Below are positions 29,689 to 39,274 of a DNA stretch of 64,000 bases, piece by piece (within the stretch, counting starts at the first letter, position 1; each line of letters opens with the position of its first letter). This DNA comes from an uncultured virus (IMG/VR IMGVR_UViG_3300023184_009054). Taxonomy: Duplodnaviria > Heunggongvirae > Uroviricota > Caudoviricetes. The position numbers and the translations under genes are program-made. The DNA lies in the IMG/VR virus record IMGVR_UViG_3300023184_009054. One strand, written 5' to 3'. The notes under the pieces are model-generated. The model did not search any database, was not told the origin of the DNA, and was given only the letters and a program-made list of their open reading frames with translations.

Positions 29689-30564
29689 ATGGAAAATAGA
29701 GAACAAATAAAGCAATACATTAAAGCTTGTGAACATATGATTAAGTTTTTCACCAAGTTTCTTGATACTGATACGCTTGGTGTTAAATCTTTATCAAAAG
29801 AAGATAAACTGAAAGAATTGACTGATTTAAGGTACGAAATCAAAAAAGATACTTGGCCAGAAGCCGAAAGTCCAAAACTTACACAATCTCAAAAAAGCAT
29901 GAAATTATTTGGGGAATTAATTTCTACCCCAGTAAAAAATAAAAATATATTAGAATTTGGATGTTGTGATTGTGAATTATCATCATTGTTAAAAAGTAAA
30001 TTTGGAGCCAAAACTGTTGTTGCCTTTAAATTAGAAGATTGTCAGTCTACAGATACCAATCTTTTAGATACAAATGTCATTTTTACAGACAACTTCCGTG
30101 TTGCTCAACAAATAGCCCCATTCGATATTATCATTCTAAATGATGTTATTGATCATTTAGAAAAGCCAGTTTTCTGGATTAAACAACTAGCAAAAATGCT
30201 TTCTAAAGAAACAGGAAGAATGTTTGTTCGTTGTCATCCATGGCTATCAAGAAATGGAACACACCTATCAGAACAAATGAACAAAGCCTTCTTACATCTA
30301 ATGCTATCCGATGACGAATTGGGAACTTTAGGTGTATCCAATAAATTCACAAGAAAAATAACCGATGGTATGGATTCATATAAAAGATTTTTTGAAGAAT
30401 CAAATTTAAAAATTTTAAACCATAAATTTTACACCAAATCAATAGAAGTGTCATTTCTTAAAAACCAAGTTATTTTAGAAAGAATTAAAAAGTTTACCAA
30501 AATAGATAAAAACTTGTTAGAAAAATTAGAAGTAGAGTTTATTGACTTTGAATTAAAGTCTTAA
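29689..30564 (+). CDS. Class I SAM methyltransferase-like; paralog of 15037..15930
   Basis: WPEA, ILEFGCCDC, FDIIILNDVIDH, FVRCHPWLSRNGTHL. Confidence 0.8.
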   Translation: MENREQIKQYIKACEHMIKFFTKFLDTDTLGVKSLSKEDKLKELTDLRYEIKKDTWPEAESPKLTQSQKSMKLFGELISTPVKNKNILEFGCCDCELSSLLKSKFGAKTVVAFKLEDCQSTDTNLLDTNVIFTDNFRVAQQIAPFDIIILNDVIDHLEKPVFWIKQLAKMLSKETGRMFVRCHPWLSRNGTHLSEQMNKAFLHLMLSDDELGTLGVSNKFTRKITDGMDSYKRFFEESNLKILNHKFYTKSIEVSFLKNQVILERIKKFTKIDKNLLEKLEVEFIDFELKS

Positions 30565-30566
30565 AT

Positions 30567-31184
30567 CTACTTTTCGCCATTATCATTATCTAATTCTATT
30601 ATCCAATAAGCCACACCTAAAAAGCTTTCCCAATCTTTTATTTTATAGTCACATCTCAAAGCATTCATTTTAGGCTTCTTAGGTACTTTCAACAGCTTCA
30701 TATTGGCTTGTGATGGATTCCTATTCGCTTTTTTGGTGTTACACTTCACACAAGCCAAAACACAATTTTCCCAAGTGGTTAAACCGCCATGACTTCTAGG
30801 AATAACATGATCTATAGATAATTCTTCTGTACTAGGTTTCTGACCACAATATTGACATTTATATTCATCTCTTTTATAAATTGTCTTTCTACAATAATGA
30901 ACTTTTTTTGTTGGAACTTTATCGTATCTTGTAAGCTGAATGACCGATGGGATTCTAAATGATGCACTCACACTTCTAAGCTTTTCTTCATCGTCTTGTG
31001 GCCTTACTTTAGACCAATCTTCCCAAGTAAGAGTTTGAAATCCATTAGCACAATCTACAATTATAGCTTTTGGTTCGCCATCTTTATGTTCACTGAATAA
31101 TTTTATTAAAGCTTTTTCAAGCGTTAGAATAGTAATTGGTCGCCACGACTTGTTTAAAACTAAAACTTTTCTATTTTGTATCAT
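30567..31184 (-). CDS. HNH endonuclease (McrA-like)
   Basis: VLVLNKSW.P, RDEYKCQYCG, SIDHVIPRSHGG.TTWENCVLACVKCN.KK. Confidence 0.92.
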   Translation of the reverse strand: MIQNRKVLVLNKSWRPITILTLEKALIKLFSEHKDGEPKAIIVDCANGFQTLTWEDWSKVRPQDDEEKLRSVSASFRIPSVIQLTRYDKVPTKKVHYCRKTIYKRDEYKCQYCGQKPSTEELSIDHVIPRSHGGLTTWENCVLACVKCNTKKANRNPSQANMKLLKVPKKPKMNALRCDYKIKDWESFLGVAYWIIELDNDNGEK

Positions 31185-31199
31185 ATTGTATTTACAGTC

Positions 31200-32168
31200 T
31201 TAACCGCAATTAGACCATTCTTTAATTCTAATTTTTGCCAATTTCATGGCATCTTCAAACCATTCTTTAGTTTTCTTGAAATGAGGAGGACTATACATTT
31301 TTCCAGATGTGTAACTTCTAAAGTGATCTATATTAGAATCATTAGTTCTTTTTTCATTTTCTTCATGTCCAATTATAATTGTTTCAATATTATTTTTTCT
31401 TAATATGTAATTACCAAGTATTTCGGTGTCTGGCCAGTTTGGTCTCATTGGATCTGGCTTGTAATCAACAATATTATATTCATTACAAAGCCTACGCAAA
31501 CTCCAAGCAAAACCAATTTTATCCATGGTCTTCATGTGATACATGCTTGCAGTGTGTGAAATCATACCTCTCCAATCATCATGCTTTCTTGGAGTTATTT
31601 CATAGCCTACGACTGGAGTTTTCTCATTACATATATTCAATAAATAATCTATAAAATCATTACGCTTTAAAAATACATCGGCATGTGTGGCAAACAAATA
31701 TGGAGTTCTACATAATGTCATAGCCAAATCCATAGCCATAGCTGGATAATCACTTGGATGCATAACTCCGTTCAAGGCAATTGTATGAACCTCTACATCT
31801 TCATCTCGAAGATACAATACACTATCCAAATGATCGCTTCTACTTCCAGTATCAATGATCATGATGTATGGTCTTTCTGTTTGCAATCGCAACAACTCAA
31901 TGCAAGTCCTCAATGTTTCTGATGTATTCAAGCAAGGTATGACCGCTGTTGCTTTATATTCCCAAGGCTTTTTATCACATGATCCTTCCCATGGAGATTT
32001 TATAGTTAATTCGCCATAAGATGGAGATGTTTCAAATTTGCGAAGCTCTACTTCTTCCCAATTATTTTCAGTATCTAACCAAATATAATTTCTATCTTGG
32101 CTAATTTTCTTCTTCTTTTCTGGTGTTTTTTCCCATCTGGAATGAGAAATTTTCATAATTTTATTCAT
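31200..32168 (-). CDS. Glycosyltransferase family 2-like
   Basis: AVIPCLN, IIDTGS, ATHADVF. Confidence 0.75.
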   Translation of the reverse strand: MNKIMKISHSRWEKTPEKKKKISQDRNYIWLDTENNWEEVELRKFETSPSYGELTIKSPWEGSCDKKPWEYKATAVIPCLNTSETLRTCIELLRLQTERPYIMIIDTGSRSDHLDSVLYLRDEDVEVHTIALNGVMHPSDYPAMAMDLAMTLCRTPYLFATHADVFLKRNDFIDYLLNICNEKTPVVGYEITPRKHDDWRGMISHTASMYHMKTMDKIGFAWSLRRLCNEYNIVDYKPDPMRPNWPDTEILGNYILRKNNIETIIIGHEENEKRTNDSNIDHFRSYTSGKMYSPPHFKKTKEWFEDAMKLAKIRIKEWSNCG

Positions 32169-32232
32169 TTAAATATATCCCTCGCAATAACTAAGTAAGC
32201 AATTGTTTTTTTATTATAAGAGAAGGTACATT

Positions 32233-32523
32233 ATGTTGACAAATTTTTATGAATGGATGAGCTTTAGACAAGCTGTAGAAGCCCCAGAAGGCGATTATGC
32301 TTTTATAGGAACATACAATAATGATCAATTCCCCGACTTAAAAGAAACAAGCCAAAGAATTGAATTGGATGATGCATTATCCTTAATTCCAAAATCTTAT
32401 CAAAATCAATTTTCTAACATGGAAACCATTCATGCTGGGAAGTCGCAAAACGAGAGCAATAAAGATGTTATTTGGATTTCTAATCAAGATCAAAATGTTA
32501 CTTTTTTGTTCGAAAAAAGATAA
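32233..32523 (+). CDS. Hypothetical, putative head internal protein
   Basis: Start reassigned to MLTNFYEWMSFRQAVE (SD AAGGT). Confidence 0.6.
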   Translation: MLTNFYEWMSFRQAVEAPEGDYAFIGTYNNDQFPDLKETSQRIELDDALSLIPKSYQNQFSNMETIHAGKSQNESNKDVIWISNQDQNVTFLFEKR

Positions 32524-32880
32524 TTATTTTTTAATATGATTTATTGAAAAAGGATAGTTATCCTTTGCTGTATAAAACTTCTTAATTGGCTCTGGGCCTG
32601 ATATGTGCCTTATATCAAATGGTGCCTTAGTGCCATTATTTCCATCGCCATAATCCTTTGGCTCGCCTGGTATGTGCTTAATGCTAAATGGAGGGCCATC
32701 ACCATTATCATAAAGCCTATCATCCAAACTAATATACAAAAGAGCATCGGCAGAACGAGGCAAATATGTTTGTAATGGATAAAGTCCAATTCCGCCATAT
32801 CCTAAAGGGTACAAACTAGTTTTTCCAGATGTTTGACCTTCATTGATTTTAAACCAGCTTTTAAACGAAAAGTCTTTCAT
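32524..32880 (-). CDS. Hypothetical with three PF-x-I-x-HI repeats, putative head internal protein
   Basis: MKDFSFKSWFKINE; PFSIKHI, PFDIRHI, PFSINHI; CATAAATA 4 nt upstream. Confidence 0.7.
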   Translation of the reverse strand: MKDFSFKSWFKINEGQTSGKTSLYPLGYGGIGLYPLQTYLPRSADALLYISLDDRLYDNGDGPPFSIKHIPGEPKDYGDGNNGTKAPFDIRHISGPEPIKKFYTAKDNYPFSINHIKK

Positions 32881-32900
32881 GTATTATTTATGCATGAAGT

Positions 32901-32931
32901 AAAAAAAAAGGAGCGTTTTTCAACACTCCTT
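32901..32931 (-). terminator. Intrinsic terminator
   Basis: GGAGTGTT-gaaa-AACGCTCC-T9 on minus strand. Confidence 0.8.
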
Positions 32932-32957
32932 GGTTTGACAATTTTTAAAGATAAAAA

Positions 32958-33233
32958 TTACTTAGTGCTAGGTGCAACGACTTTTGGCTTTTCTGCACCT
33001 TTTGGAGCTTCTGTCGCTTTTGTAGCTTTAGCAGGTGCAGTAGAACACCCACCAGAACCACAAGAATTACGACCACCAAGCAGTTTTACCCCACAACCAG
33101 AAGTTGTAGCCTTGCAAGAAGAGCCACATGACTTACTTCGCAACTTGCCACCAAGCAACCCGCCACGACATCCTGCTTCAGCGGAACTTACACTAAAAGC
33201 AACTGCCAAAACCAAAACTGAAAGATACTTCAT
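32958..33233 (-). CDS. Secreted Cys/Gly-rich small protein
   Basis: Signal peptide ending AEA; mature GCRGG..SCGSSC..GCG..SCGSGGC; Ala/Lys/Pro tail; SD AAGGAG. Confidence 0.8.
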   Translation of the reverse strand: MKYLSVLVLAVAFSVSSAEAGCRGGLLGGKLRSKSCGSSCKATTSGCGVKLLGGRNSCGSGGCSTAPAKATKATEAPKGAEKPKVVAPSTK

Positions 33234-33281
33234 CTTTCACTCCTTTGAAAAAAGTAGGAAACAAACAAACTAACCATAAAC

Positions 33282-33310
33282 AATATACCAAACACTTAAA
33301 CGAAAGTAAA
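33282..33310 (-). promoter_or_regulatory. Sigma70-type promoter
   Basis: TTTACT-N17-TATATT with TGG extended -10. Confidence 0.6.
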
Positions 33311-33318
33311 ATGAATTT

Positions 33319-33549
33319 CTATTTTTTCGTGTACGGAAACCATATTCTAAAACAAAAACCAAATAATAAATTCATCTTAAGTGCCTGTACAAAGGTGATT
33401 TCGGTCAATCTTCCTTGTGTTATTTCTGGCATTAAAGAATTCCACAACCACCAAACTGGTAGGGTTAATATGACAGCGTAAATAATTACCAAACACACGA
33501 CAGCAATGCTAATTGCGAAAATTTGCTTAATGTTAAAATCATCAGACAT
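33319..33549 (-). CDS. Small membrane protein
   Basis: PVWWLWNSLMPEI...ITFVQAL pattern; SD GAGGT. Confidence 0.7.
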   Translation of the reverse strand: MSDDFNIKQIFAISIAVVCLVIIYAVILTLPVWWLWNSLMPEITQGRLTEITFVQALKMNLLFGFCFRIWFPYTKK

Positions 33550-33570
33550 AATTTTGTACCTCTAGTTCTA

Positions 33571-34311
33571 TCATAAAATAGTAATTCTTTTATATTGTTT
33601 AAAATCATTGTATTCAAATAATTTTTTCTGTATTTGAATTTGCCATAGTTTTTGATTTACACGAAAACTTTTTGTATAGCTTTTATCGTGTTGTCTGTAA
33701 AAAAGTAAGGATTCTGGCATATTGTGCAATATCTTATCACTTTGAAGCATTCTAATCCAAAGTTCATAATCCTCAACTATACAATTTGGAGACTCGTCAT
33801 ATCCACCAACATCTAATACAGATTTCTTTTTAAACAAAACTGTTGGGTGGTTTATAAACCAAAAGCTTGAACTGGCGATTTTTTTAGTAATTACATGAGG
33901 ATGATCTGTTTTGTTACTTAGCATCCATCTTGTATTATTTGCGACCATAAATGTAAGATTACTTCCAACCAAATCAACATTTGGATTTCTTTGCAAATAA
34001 TCAAATTGTTTAAAAAGTCTTTTTGGAAGAGAAAAATCATCTGCATCCATTCTTGCAATCAAATCGAATTGTGATTCTTGTATGCCTTTATTACAACCAA
34101 AAGAAATGCCAAAATTATGCTTAAGATGAATAACTTTTATATTGTTGCTTTTGTGAAAATGACTCAATAAACTCTTTGTGTCTTTAGAATTTGATCCATT
34201 ATCTACAATAATTATTTCTATTTTTTTAAATGTTTGATTCAAGATGGAATCAACAGCTTCTTTCAGCCAAAGAGAATTAGTGTTACATACTGGCATTACT
34301 ACAGATATCAT
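33571..34311 (-). CDS. Glycosyltransferase family 2
   Basis: ISVVMPV, IIVDNGS, IARMDADD, HPTV, GGYD, EDYELW. Confidence 0.95.
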   Translation of the reverse strand: MISVVMPVCNTNSLWLKEAVDSILNQTFKKIEIIIVDNGSNSKDTKSLLSHFHKSNNIKVIHLKHNFGISFGCNKGIQESQFDLIARMDADDFSLPKRLFKQFDYLQRNPNVDLVGSNLTFMVANNTRWMLSNKTDHPHVITKKIASSSFWFINHPTVLFKKKSVLDVGGYDESPNCIVEDYELWIRMLQSDKILHNMPESLLFYRQHDKSYTKSFRVNQKLWQIQIQKKLFEYNDFKQYKRITIL

Positions 34312-34326
34312 ACTTTGCCTTAATTT

Positions 34327-34361
34327 AAAAAAGCCCACCACAATATTATTGTAGTAGGCTT
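34327..34361 (-). terminator. Intrinsic terminator
   Basis: GCCTACTACAAT/ATTGTGGTGGGC stem (G-U pairs) followed by T-run on minus strand. Confidence 0.7.
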
Positions 34362-34383
34362 ATTTTTGCATATAATCTTAAAA

Positions 34384-34608
34384 TTAAGATTCGATAATAA
34401 AATCAAGATTGCCATTGTCTTCGATGGTATCGGTAAAGTTACCACCATCTAAAACACGACCAGCAACTTTTCTATTAGCTCCATTAAGAACCGTCATGCC
34501 ATGAACAGATCGTTGAATCGAGTTACCACCAGTAACAGATGTATCCAAAGACCCTTCAGTTCCAAGATTCACCAGGGCTGGTGACAATTCTACAGTATAA
34601 GTAGCCAT
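34384..34608 (-). CDS. Small putative virion protein
   Basis: MATYTVELSP..., G/T/N/V-rich beta-type composition, SD AGGAG, own terminator. Confidence 0.65.
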   Translation of the reverse strand: MATYTVELSPALVNLGTEGSLDTSVTGGNSIQRSVHGMTVLNGANRKVAGRVLDGGNFTDTIEDNGNLDFIIES

Positions 34609-34697
34609 AATTTTTCTCCTTTTGCAAAAGTAAACTACCAAAATATATAACCTTTTAAAGCCTATTTTGATTTTAAAAGTGTGTCTTTTGGTGAGAA

Positions 34698-35546
34698 TTA
34701 GTTTTCGACCAACTTCCCTTCAAAAGCCAATTTAGAGAACAAATAAGGGAATGCACTGCTTGTTGAGTGAAGTATAGCTAGGTCTTGACTGTATTCAAAC
34801 ACAGAAACATCTTCAGTATCAAAAAATGAATTTTTAATTTTATTTTCAAGAACAAAAAGATTACATGCAACTTCTTCTCTATTTCTTCCGTCTTCTCGTA
34901 ATGCATACATCATATCTGACATTGGGTGTTTTTTGTACAGTAGATTGTTACAATACTGTAAAACCTGCTTTCCGTATTCTTTTAGTAAATTACCTTTCCA
35001 AAAAACTACGCCAGAATTAAATGGCATTAATGTTTGTTTCTCTAAATTTTCACCATCAAAATAAGTAAATCGCATTTTTTGCTTAGATATAGCTCCATTG
35101 TTAATTCCGACCAAAGGACAAGCGACAAAGTCATAATTAGAATATTTTTCGAAAATGAAATCAATTGATCTGAAACAAAATGTATCTACATCTAAAAGAA
35201 TTGCATCATCAAAATCATAATTCTCAAATATGCACCTTTGTATGGAAACATAATTTTGTGATTTGTATGGAAGATGATTAATTTCTATAAGATTTATATC
35301 TAGATTTTTAACAAGACTGAAAATGTCTTCTTGGCGAAATAACATGAACCTTTTCGTATATTCTGGGGATATCTCTTTAAATAACTTGTTTGTTTGTTCC
35401 CAAGAATCTTTATTTAAATCATTTACATAAAATAAAGTAATTGGTATTTTTGGATTGTGCTTTCTAAATGTTCTAATAGAAACACTAAACATAGCGTTGT
35501 AAATTGGATTTTCATTCAAAACATAAACACAACACTTATTGTTCAT
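34698..35546 (-). CDS. GT8-like glycosyltransferase
   Basis: SIRTFRKHN, LLDVDT, FNSGVV. Confidence 0.7.
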   Translation of the reverse strand: MNNKCCVYVLNENPIYNAMFSVSIRTFRKHNPKIPITLFYVNDLNKDSWEQTNKLFKEISPEYTKRFMLFRQEDIFSLVKNLDINLIEINHLPYKSQNYVSIQRCIFENYDFDDAILLDVDTFCFRSIDFIFEKYSNYDFVACPLVGINNGAISKQKMRFTYFDGENLEKQTLMPFNSGVVFWKGNLLKEYGKQVLQYCNNLLYKKHPMSDMMYALREDGRNREEVACNLFVLENKIKNSFFDTEDVSVFEYSQDLAILHSTSSAFPYLFSKLAFEGKLVEN

Positions 35547-36462
35547 TTTGCTTTTGTATTCTTTCTTGAACCTTCCAAGGAGAAACCGTCAAACTATTGC
35601 CAGCCTCTATGGGGTCATAAACAGGCTTATTCATAGGGCGTGTTTTGAGAGTTCCGTCAAAAGCTTGATTGATGCGATTACAGGCTAAATCAACATATGC
35701 TTGTGAGATTTCAGACCCAGCACCTTTTCTACCATTTTTGATGGCCGCTATAATACTCGTACCAGTGCCAAGAAACGGATCATAAACCCAATCTCCCTGC
35801 TGTGTCATCGACAGAACTAGACGCTCAATCATTTCAACAGGATATTGACATGGATGGTCTGTCTTTTCGACATGATTACTTTTAACATTGGGAATCACCC
35901 ACATATCACTTGGGTTCTTACCAAGTGGATTGCAGGAGAGCTTTCCTGCCTTCGGTCCTTTGAAATATTTTTTGCCTGGATATTTCTGCGGAACTCTGAC
36001 CGGATCGAGATTGAAGAAATAATTATCACTTTTTGAAAACCACATTATGGTTTCATATCGCCCAGAAAACCTTTTTGAGCAATGCAAACCATGCTCAAAA
36101 TGCCAGATGATTCTATTTCTCATTTTTAAACCTAGACTGGCAAAAATGGGATAAAGAGCAATGTCCAGTGGCATAATACTCCCATTGTCAACAAAGTTTC
36201 CCACTTGCCAGCATATGCTCCCAGAATGAGCTAGGCATCTGACACATTCTTTAATAATCTTTTCTTGTTGTGCAATGTAATAATCAATTTTTGTCCGTTT
36301 CTCATAAGCCTTGCCAATGTTGTATGGGGGGGATGTCACGATAAGTTGAAAAACATCCTTTGGGCAAGACGAAAGAAAATCTAGACAATCGCAAGGGGAA
36401 ACTATTGCTTGTTCAGACGCTTCAAACCTATCTGTTTTTTTGACTATCGCTTTGTTCATCAA
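35536..36462 (-). CDS. Beta-class N4/N6 DNA methyltransferase, M.BglII/M.BstYI-like
   Basis: TSPPYN motif IV precedes DPFLGTGT motif I; WQVG, RNRIIW..HGLH, VPQKY, PLGKNP, HPCQYP match M.BglII as recalled; GC higher than flanks. Confidence 0.92.
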   Translation of the reverse strand: MMNKAIVKKTDRFEASEQAIVSPCDCLDFLSSCPKDVFQLIVTSPPYNIGKAYEKRTKIDYYIAQQEKIIKECVRCLAHSGSICWQVGNFVDNGSIMPLDIALYPIFASLGLKMRNRIIWHFEHGLHCSKRFSGRYETIMWFSKSDNYFFNLDPVRVPQKYPGKKYFKGPKAGKLSCNPLGKNPSDMWVIPNVKSNHVEKTDHPCQYPVEMIERLVLSMTQQGDWVYDPFLGTGTSIIAAIKNGRKGAGSEISQAYVDLACNRINQAFDGTLKTRPMNKPVYDPIEAGNSLTVSPWKVQERIQKQNEQ

Positions 36463-36848
36463 TCGAACCTACTGCCATTTTTTATGAAAACAAATTTAGT
36501 TATGTAGCAATCATTGATCTGCCAATAGCAACCATCTTGATTAAATTTTGAATCTAAAACTTTATAATTTGCTCTCAAATAATATTCTTCGTCAATCTTT
36601 TTAATCAAATAAACCTTTGAAAAAACCCATCCATTTTTATCAATTGAGCTAACCATGCCAAGGCCAACATACTCATCCTTCCAATAAACTGGTATGAACC
36701 CTTTTGATTTTATCAATTTGTCGATACAGTTATAGTTAATTAAGACCCGATTTGAACTAATCGTATCTGCCTTCAAAAATGGAAGATCAATTGCTTTATC
36801 CTTATCGGCATAAAATACAATAAAGCAAAACAAAAGATTAATCATCAT
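36459..36848 (-). CDS. Hypothetical exported protein
   Basis: Hydrophobic N-terminus. Confidence 0.55.
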   Translation of the reverse strand: MMINLLFCFIVFYADKDKAIDLPFLKADTISSNRVLINYNCIDKLIKSKGFIPVYWKDEYVGLGMVSSIDKNGWVFSKVYLIKKIDEEYYLRANYKVLDSKFNQDGCYWQINDCYITKFVFIKNGSRFD

Positions 36849-37032
36849 GATAAGAGTCCAATGCTACTGATTTAGAATTGGTGCCACTTTTTTTTATTTC
36901 GCTTTCTTTTCTCTCAGAACACTTTGAGCAAAATCTAATCGTAAACTTATCAGGACTACGAAATTGTTTATTGCACCAACCTAAACAGTTTGCGATACCA
37001 CTTCTATCAATGATGTTCAATTTGTTTTTCAT
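36838..37032 (-). CDS. Small Zn-finger protein
   Basis: CLGWCNKQFRS...RFCSKC. Confidence 0.65.
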   Translation of the reverse strand: MKNKLNIIDRSGIANCLGWCNKQFRSPDKFTIRFCSKCSERKESEIKKSGTNSKSVALDSYHDD

Positions 37033-37041
37033 CGTTTTCTC

Positions 37042-37836
37042 CTATTTTTGAATAGTACCAAAGTTTTTAAAATTCTTCAACAGGTTTTGCAAATTATTAT
37101 TTCTATCTGTTTTAACTTTCATGACATTTGATATTTCATCCATACTCCAAGGTGTTCCAAATAAAAAATTTGGTCTTAAATTATCGACCCCAACATCCAT
37201 GGTTAGATTGTTGCCCTTAGATAAAGAAATAACATCAATCAAACGATTTATAATATCATCATTTCGAGAAACATTTAAGATAGATGCAAAACTATCTCTG
37301 TATAAGTTAGCGTCACATTCAAGTACTATTCCATCATCTTCTGGAGAAAAAAAACCATGTGTATGACCATAAAGCATCCAAGAACCATAAGATTTTCTAT
37401 CCCATGATCTACAAGGGTAGTGAAAGGTAAAAACAAATTGTCCATCAATTTTAAATGTATATTGATCATAGCAAGTGAAATATTTACTCATGTATTTACG
37501 ATCATCATGATTTCCAAGTATTAAATACACATTAAAACAATTAATTCTATCTCTTAATTTCTTAATATCTAAATCTCTATCTTTATTTTTTGTGTGACAA
37601 AAATCTCCAATAATAACTAAATTATCTTTTCTTGAAACAACAGAATTTATTGAATCGATAATTGAATCAGTCATTGAGTCAGTAGATTCTTTGCTTATTA
37701 CAACATCGGAAATTGGAATTGCTTTTTTGTTTACTAAATCCAGCATATCTTGTTCTATTTTTGAACAAAATGGCCTATTGCAATACTTAATGATATTACT
37801 ATGATTCAAATGCAAATCAGCAGTAAAAAACCACAT
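37042..37836 (-). CDS. Calcineurin-like metallophosphoesterase
   Basis: ADLH, IGD, GNHD, HYP, GHTH, DVGVD. Confidence 0.92.
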   Translation of the reverse strand: MWFFTADLHLNHSNIIKYCNRPFCSKIEQDMLDLVNKKAIPISDVVISKESTDSMTDSIIDSINSVVSRKDNLVIIGDFCHTKNKDRDLDIKKLRDRINCFNVYLILGNHDDRKYMSKYFTCYDQYTFKIDGQFVFTFHYPCRSWDRKSYGSWMLYGHTHGFFSPEDDGIVLECDANLYRDSFASILNVSRNDDIINRLIDVISLSKGNNLTMDVGVDNLRPNFLFGTPWSMDEISNVMKVKTDRNNNLQNLLKNFKNFGTIQK

Positions 37837-37900
37837 TCACTATCCTCGTAAATTAAGTAATTACGAATGATAGCAAAAGAATAAATTTTCAACAATTAAA

Positions 37901-38317
37901 TTATTTTTCTTTTTTCCAAGAAATGGGCTTACTAGTTTTCTTTCTTTTAACGCCAGTTTTAGTACATGCTGATAATGTTGGTCTACAAGCTGGATATTTT
38001 CTTTCTGTGCCTTTACCAGCTTTTTTACGGCCACAAGGAACAAGGCTTCCTTTTTTACTGGCTTTACAATCAATCCAACCTTTACCTTTATTTCTGCTAA
38101 ACCATCCATGAAGACCTTTTTCTTTTTCTGTTTTAAAAGTGTCTTCATTCATATTTGATTTTTTTTTGGAGTTGCCCCAATTAGAAGCACCAACTTTACG
38201 ACATTTGACTAGCGCACCACTAGCATAAGCGGAAGGAAAAACATCATACCTACTTTTTACCTTGTGGTAACAAGCATCTTTTTCTTCACGCAATTCTAGC
38301 CATTCACTAAATTTCAT
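37901..38317 (-). CDS. Basic phage protein of a T4-like myovirus family, putative head internal protein
   Basis: DACYHKVKSRY..PSAYASGALVKCRK and GL..WF...W.DC...PCGR...YPACRP modules recalled from aquatic myoviruses; MKFSEWLELREE. Confidence 0.7.
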   Translation of the reverse strand: MKFSEWLELREEKDACYHKVKSRYDVFPSAYASGALVKCRKVGASNWGNSKKKSNMNEDTFKTEKEKGLHGWFSRNKGKGWIDCKASKKGSLVPCGRKKAGKGTERKYPACRPTLSACTKTGVKRKKTSKPISWKKEK

Positions 38318-38356
38318 ATTATCTTATCTATGATTATGACTTTATAATTGACTAAT

Positions 38357-38614
38357 TTATTTTTTAAATAAACCGACTATCCTTCTTTGCTCTGTTCCAT
38401 TGATGATAAAAATGGTTGTAGGATAAAAGAACACATTGAATTGTTGTGCAATGTCGATATTTTCTTCAACATTACAAAAAATAAGATTATAATTTGATTT
38501 TTCTTTTTTGCTAATAGTCAACTGTTGAAAGGATGGATTTCCCCAAGGAACCCAAAAAACAATTCTCCATTTTCCATGACTTAAAATGGTAAAGTTACTT
38601 GCTGTTAATTCCAT
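38357..38614 (-). CDS. Thioredoxin-fold protein lacking CxxC
   Basis: ELTASNF, VFWVPWGNPS, CNVEEN.DIAQQFNV..YPT.IF..G...RIVG. Confidence 0.75.
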   Translation of the reverse strand: MELTASNFTILSHGKWRIVFWVPWGNPSFQQLTISKKEKSNYNLIFCNVEENIDIAQQFNVFFYPTTIFIINGTEQRRIVGLFKK

Positions 38615-39261
38615 AAAAAATCAAATCCAAAATAATTATCACTTGCTGATTGAGAAGGAGAAATCAATTTGTTTTTTATCTCATGATAATTAACAAAATT
38701 AAATTCAGAATGCCATCCATGTCTTATAAGTGTGGAATTAGTATTTGTTAAATTTTCTGGTAGTTTTCCAGTATATTTTGTAAACCCATACATGAATCTG
38801 ATGAGTGCGATTTTTGTTTCTTTTATAAGTTTGTTTTCTTGGAATTCTCCAAAAAAACAATTTTCAAAATTATCAATTTTAATATCATAATTTAAAGATG
38901 CTCTAAGCACCAAAGTAAAAAGAGATTTTTTCAACATGCAATCAAACCAAAAGCTCGAAGGAGATATCCACAAAATATTATCCTTATCCGTCTTATTGAA
39001 ATTAGAAAATATAAAATTTTCATGAGAAACAGCCAAAATATTTTCAAATTTAGTAACAAAACTTGCAACATCTTCACTTTTTTCATGATAATTAGAAAAA
39101 TAAAAACCTTTTATTTCAGATGTCATTTTTCCTAAGAATTGCTCTCTGCAATGATCCCAAACTATAGGCTTAGATGCTTCTGAATCTAATGCAAATTGGC
39201 CAACTGAGGGTGGTTGGTATACAAAATTAATATTTTTAACTTCTCCAAATTTAGCTTTCAT
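38605..39261 (-). CDS. Hypothetical protein
   Basis: 218 aa in operon. Confidence 0.65.
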   Translation of the reverse strand: MKAKFGEVKNINFVYQPPSVGQFALDSEASKPIVWDHCREQFLGKMTSEIKGFYFSNYHEKSEDVASFVTKFENILAVSHENFIFSNFNKTDKDNILWISPSSFWFDCMLKKSLFTLVLRASLNYDIKIDNFENCFFGEFQENKLIKETKIALIRFMYGFTKYTGKLPENLTNTNSTLIRHGWHSEFNFVNYHEIKNKLISPSQSASDNYFGFDFLWN

Positions 39262-39274
39262 TAAACACCAAAAG

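Noticed and set aside
32833..33273. Plus-strand 146-aa ORF
   Set aside because: Antisense to the secreted protein, which has promoter, SD and terminator support.
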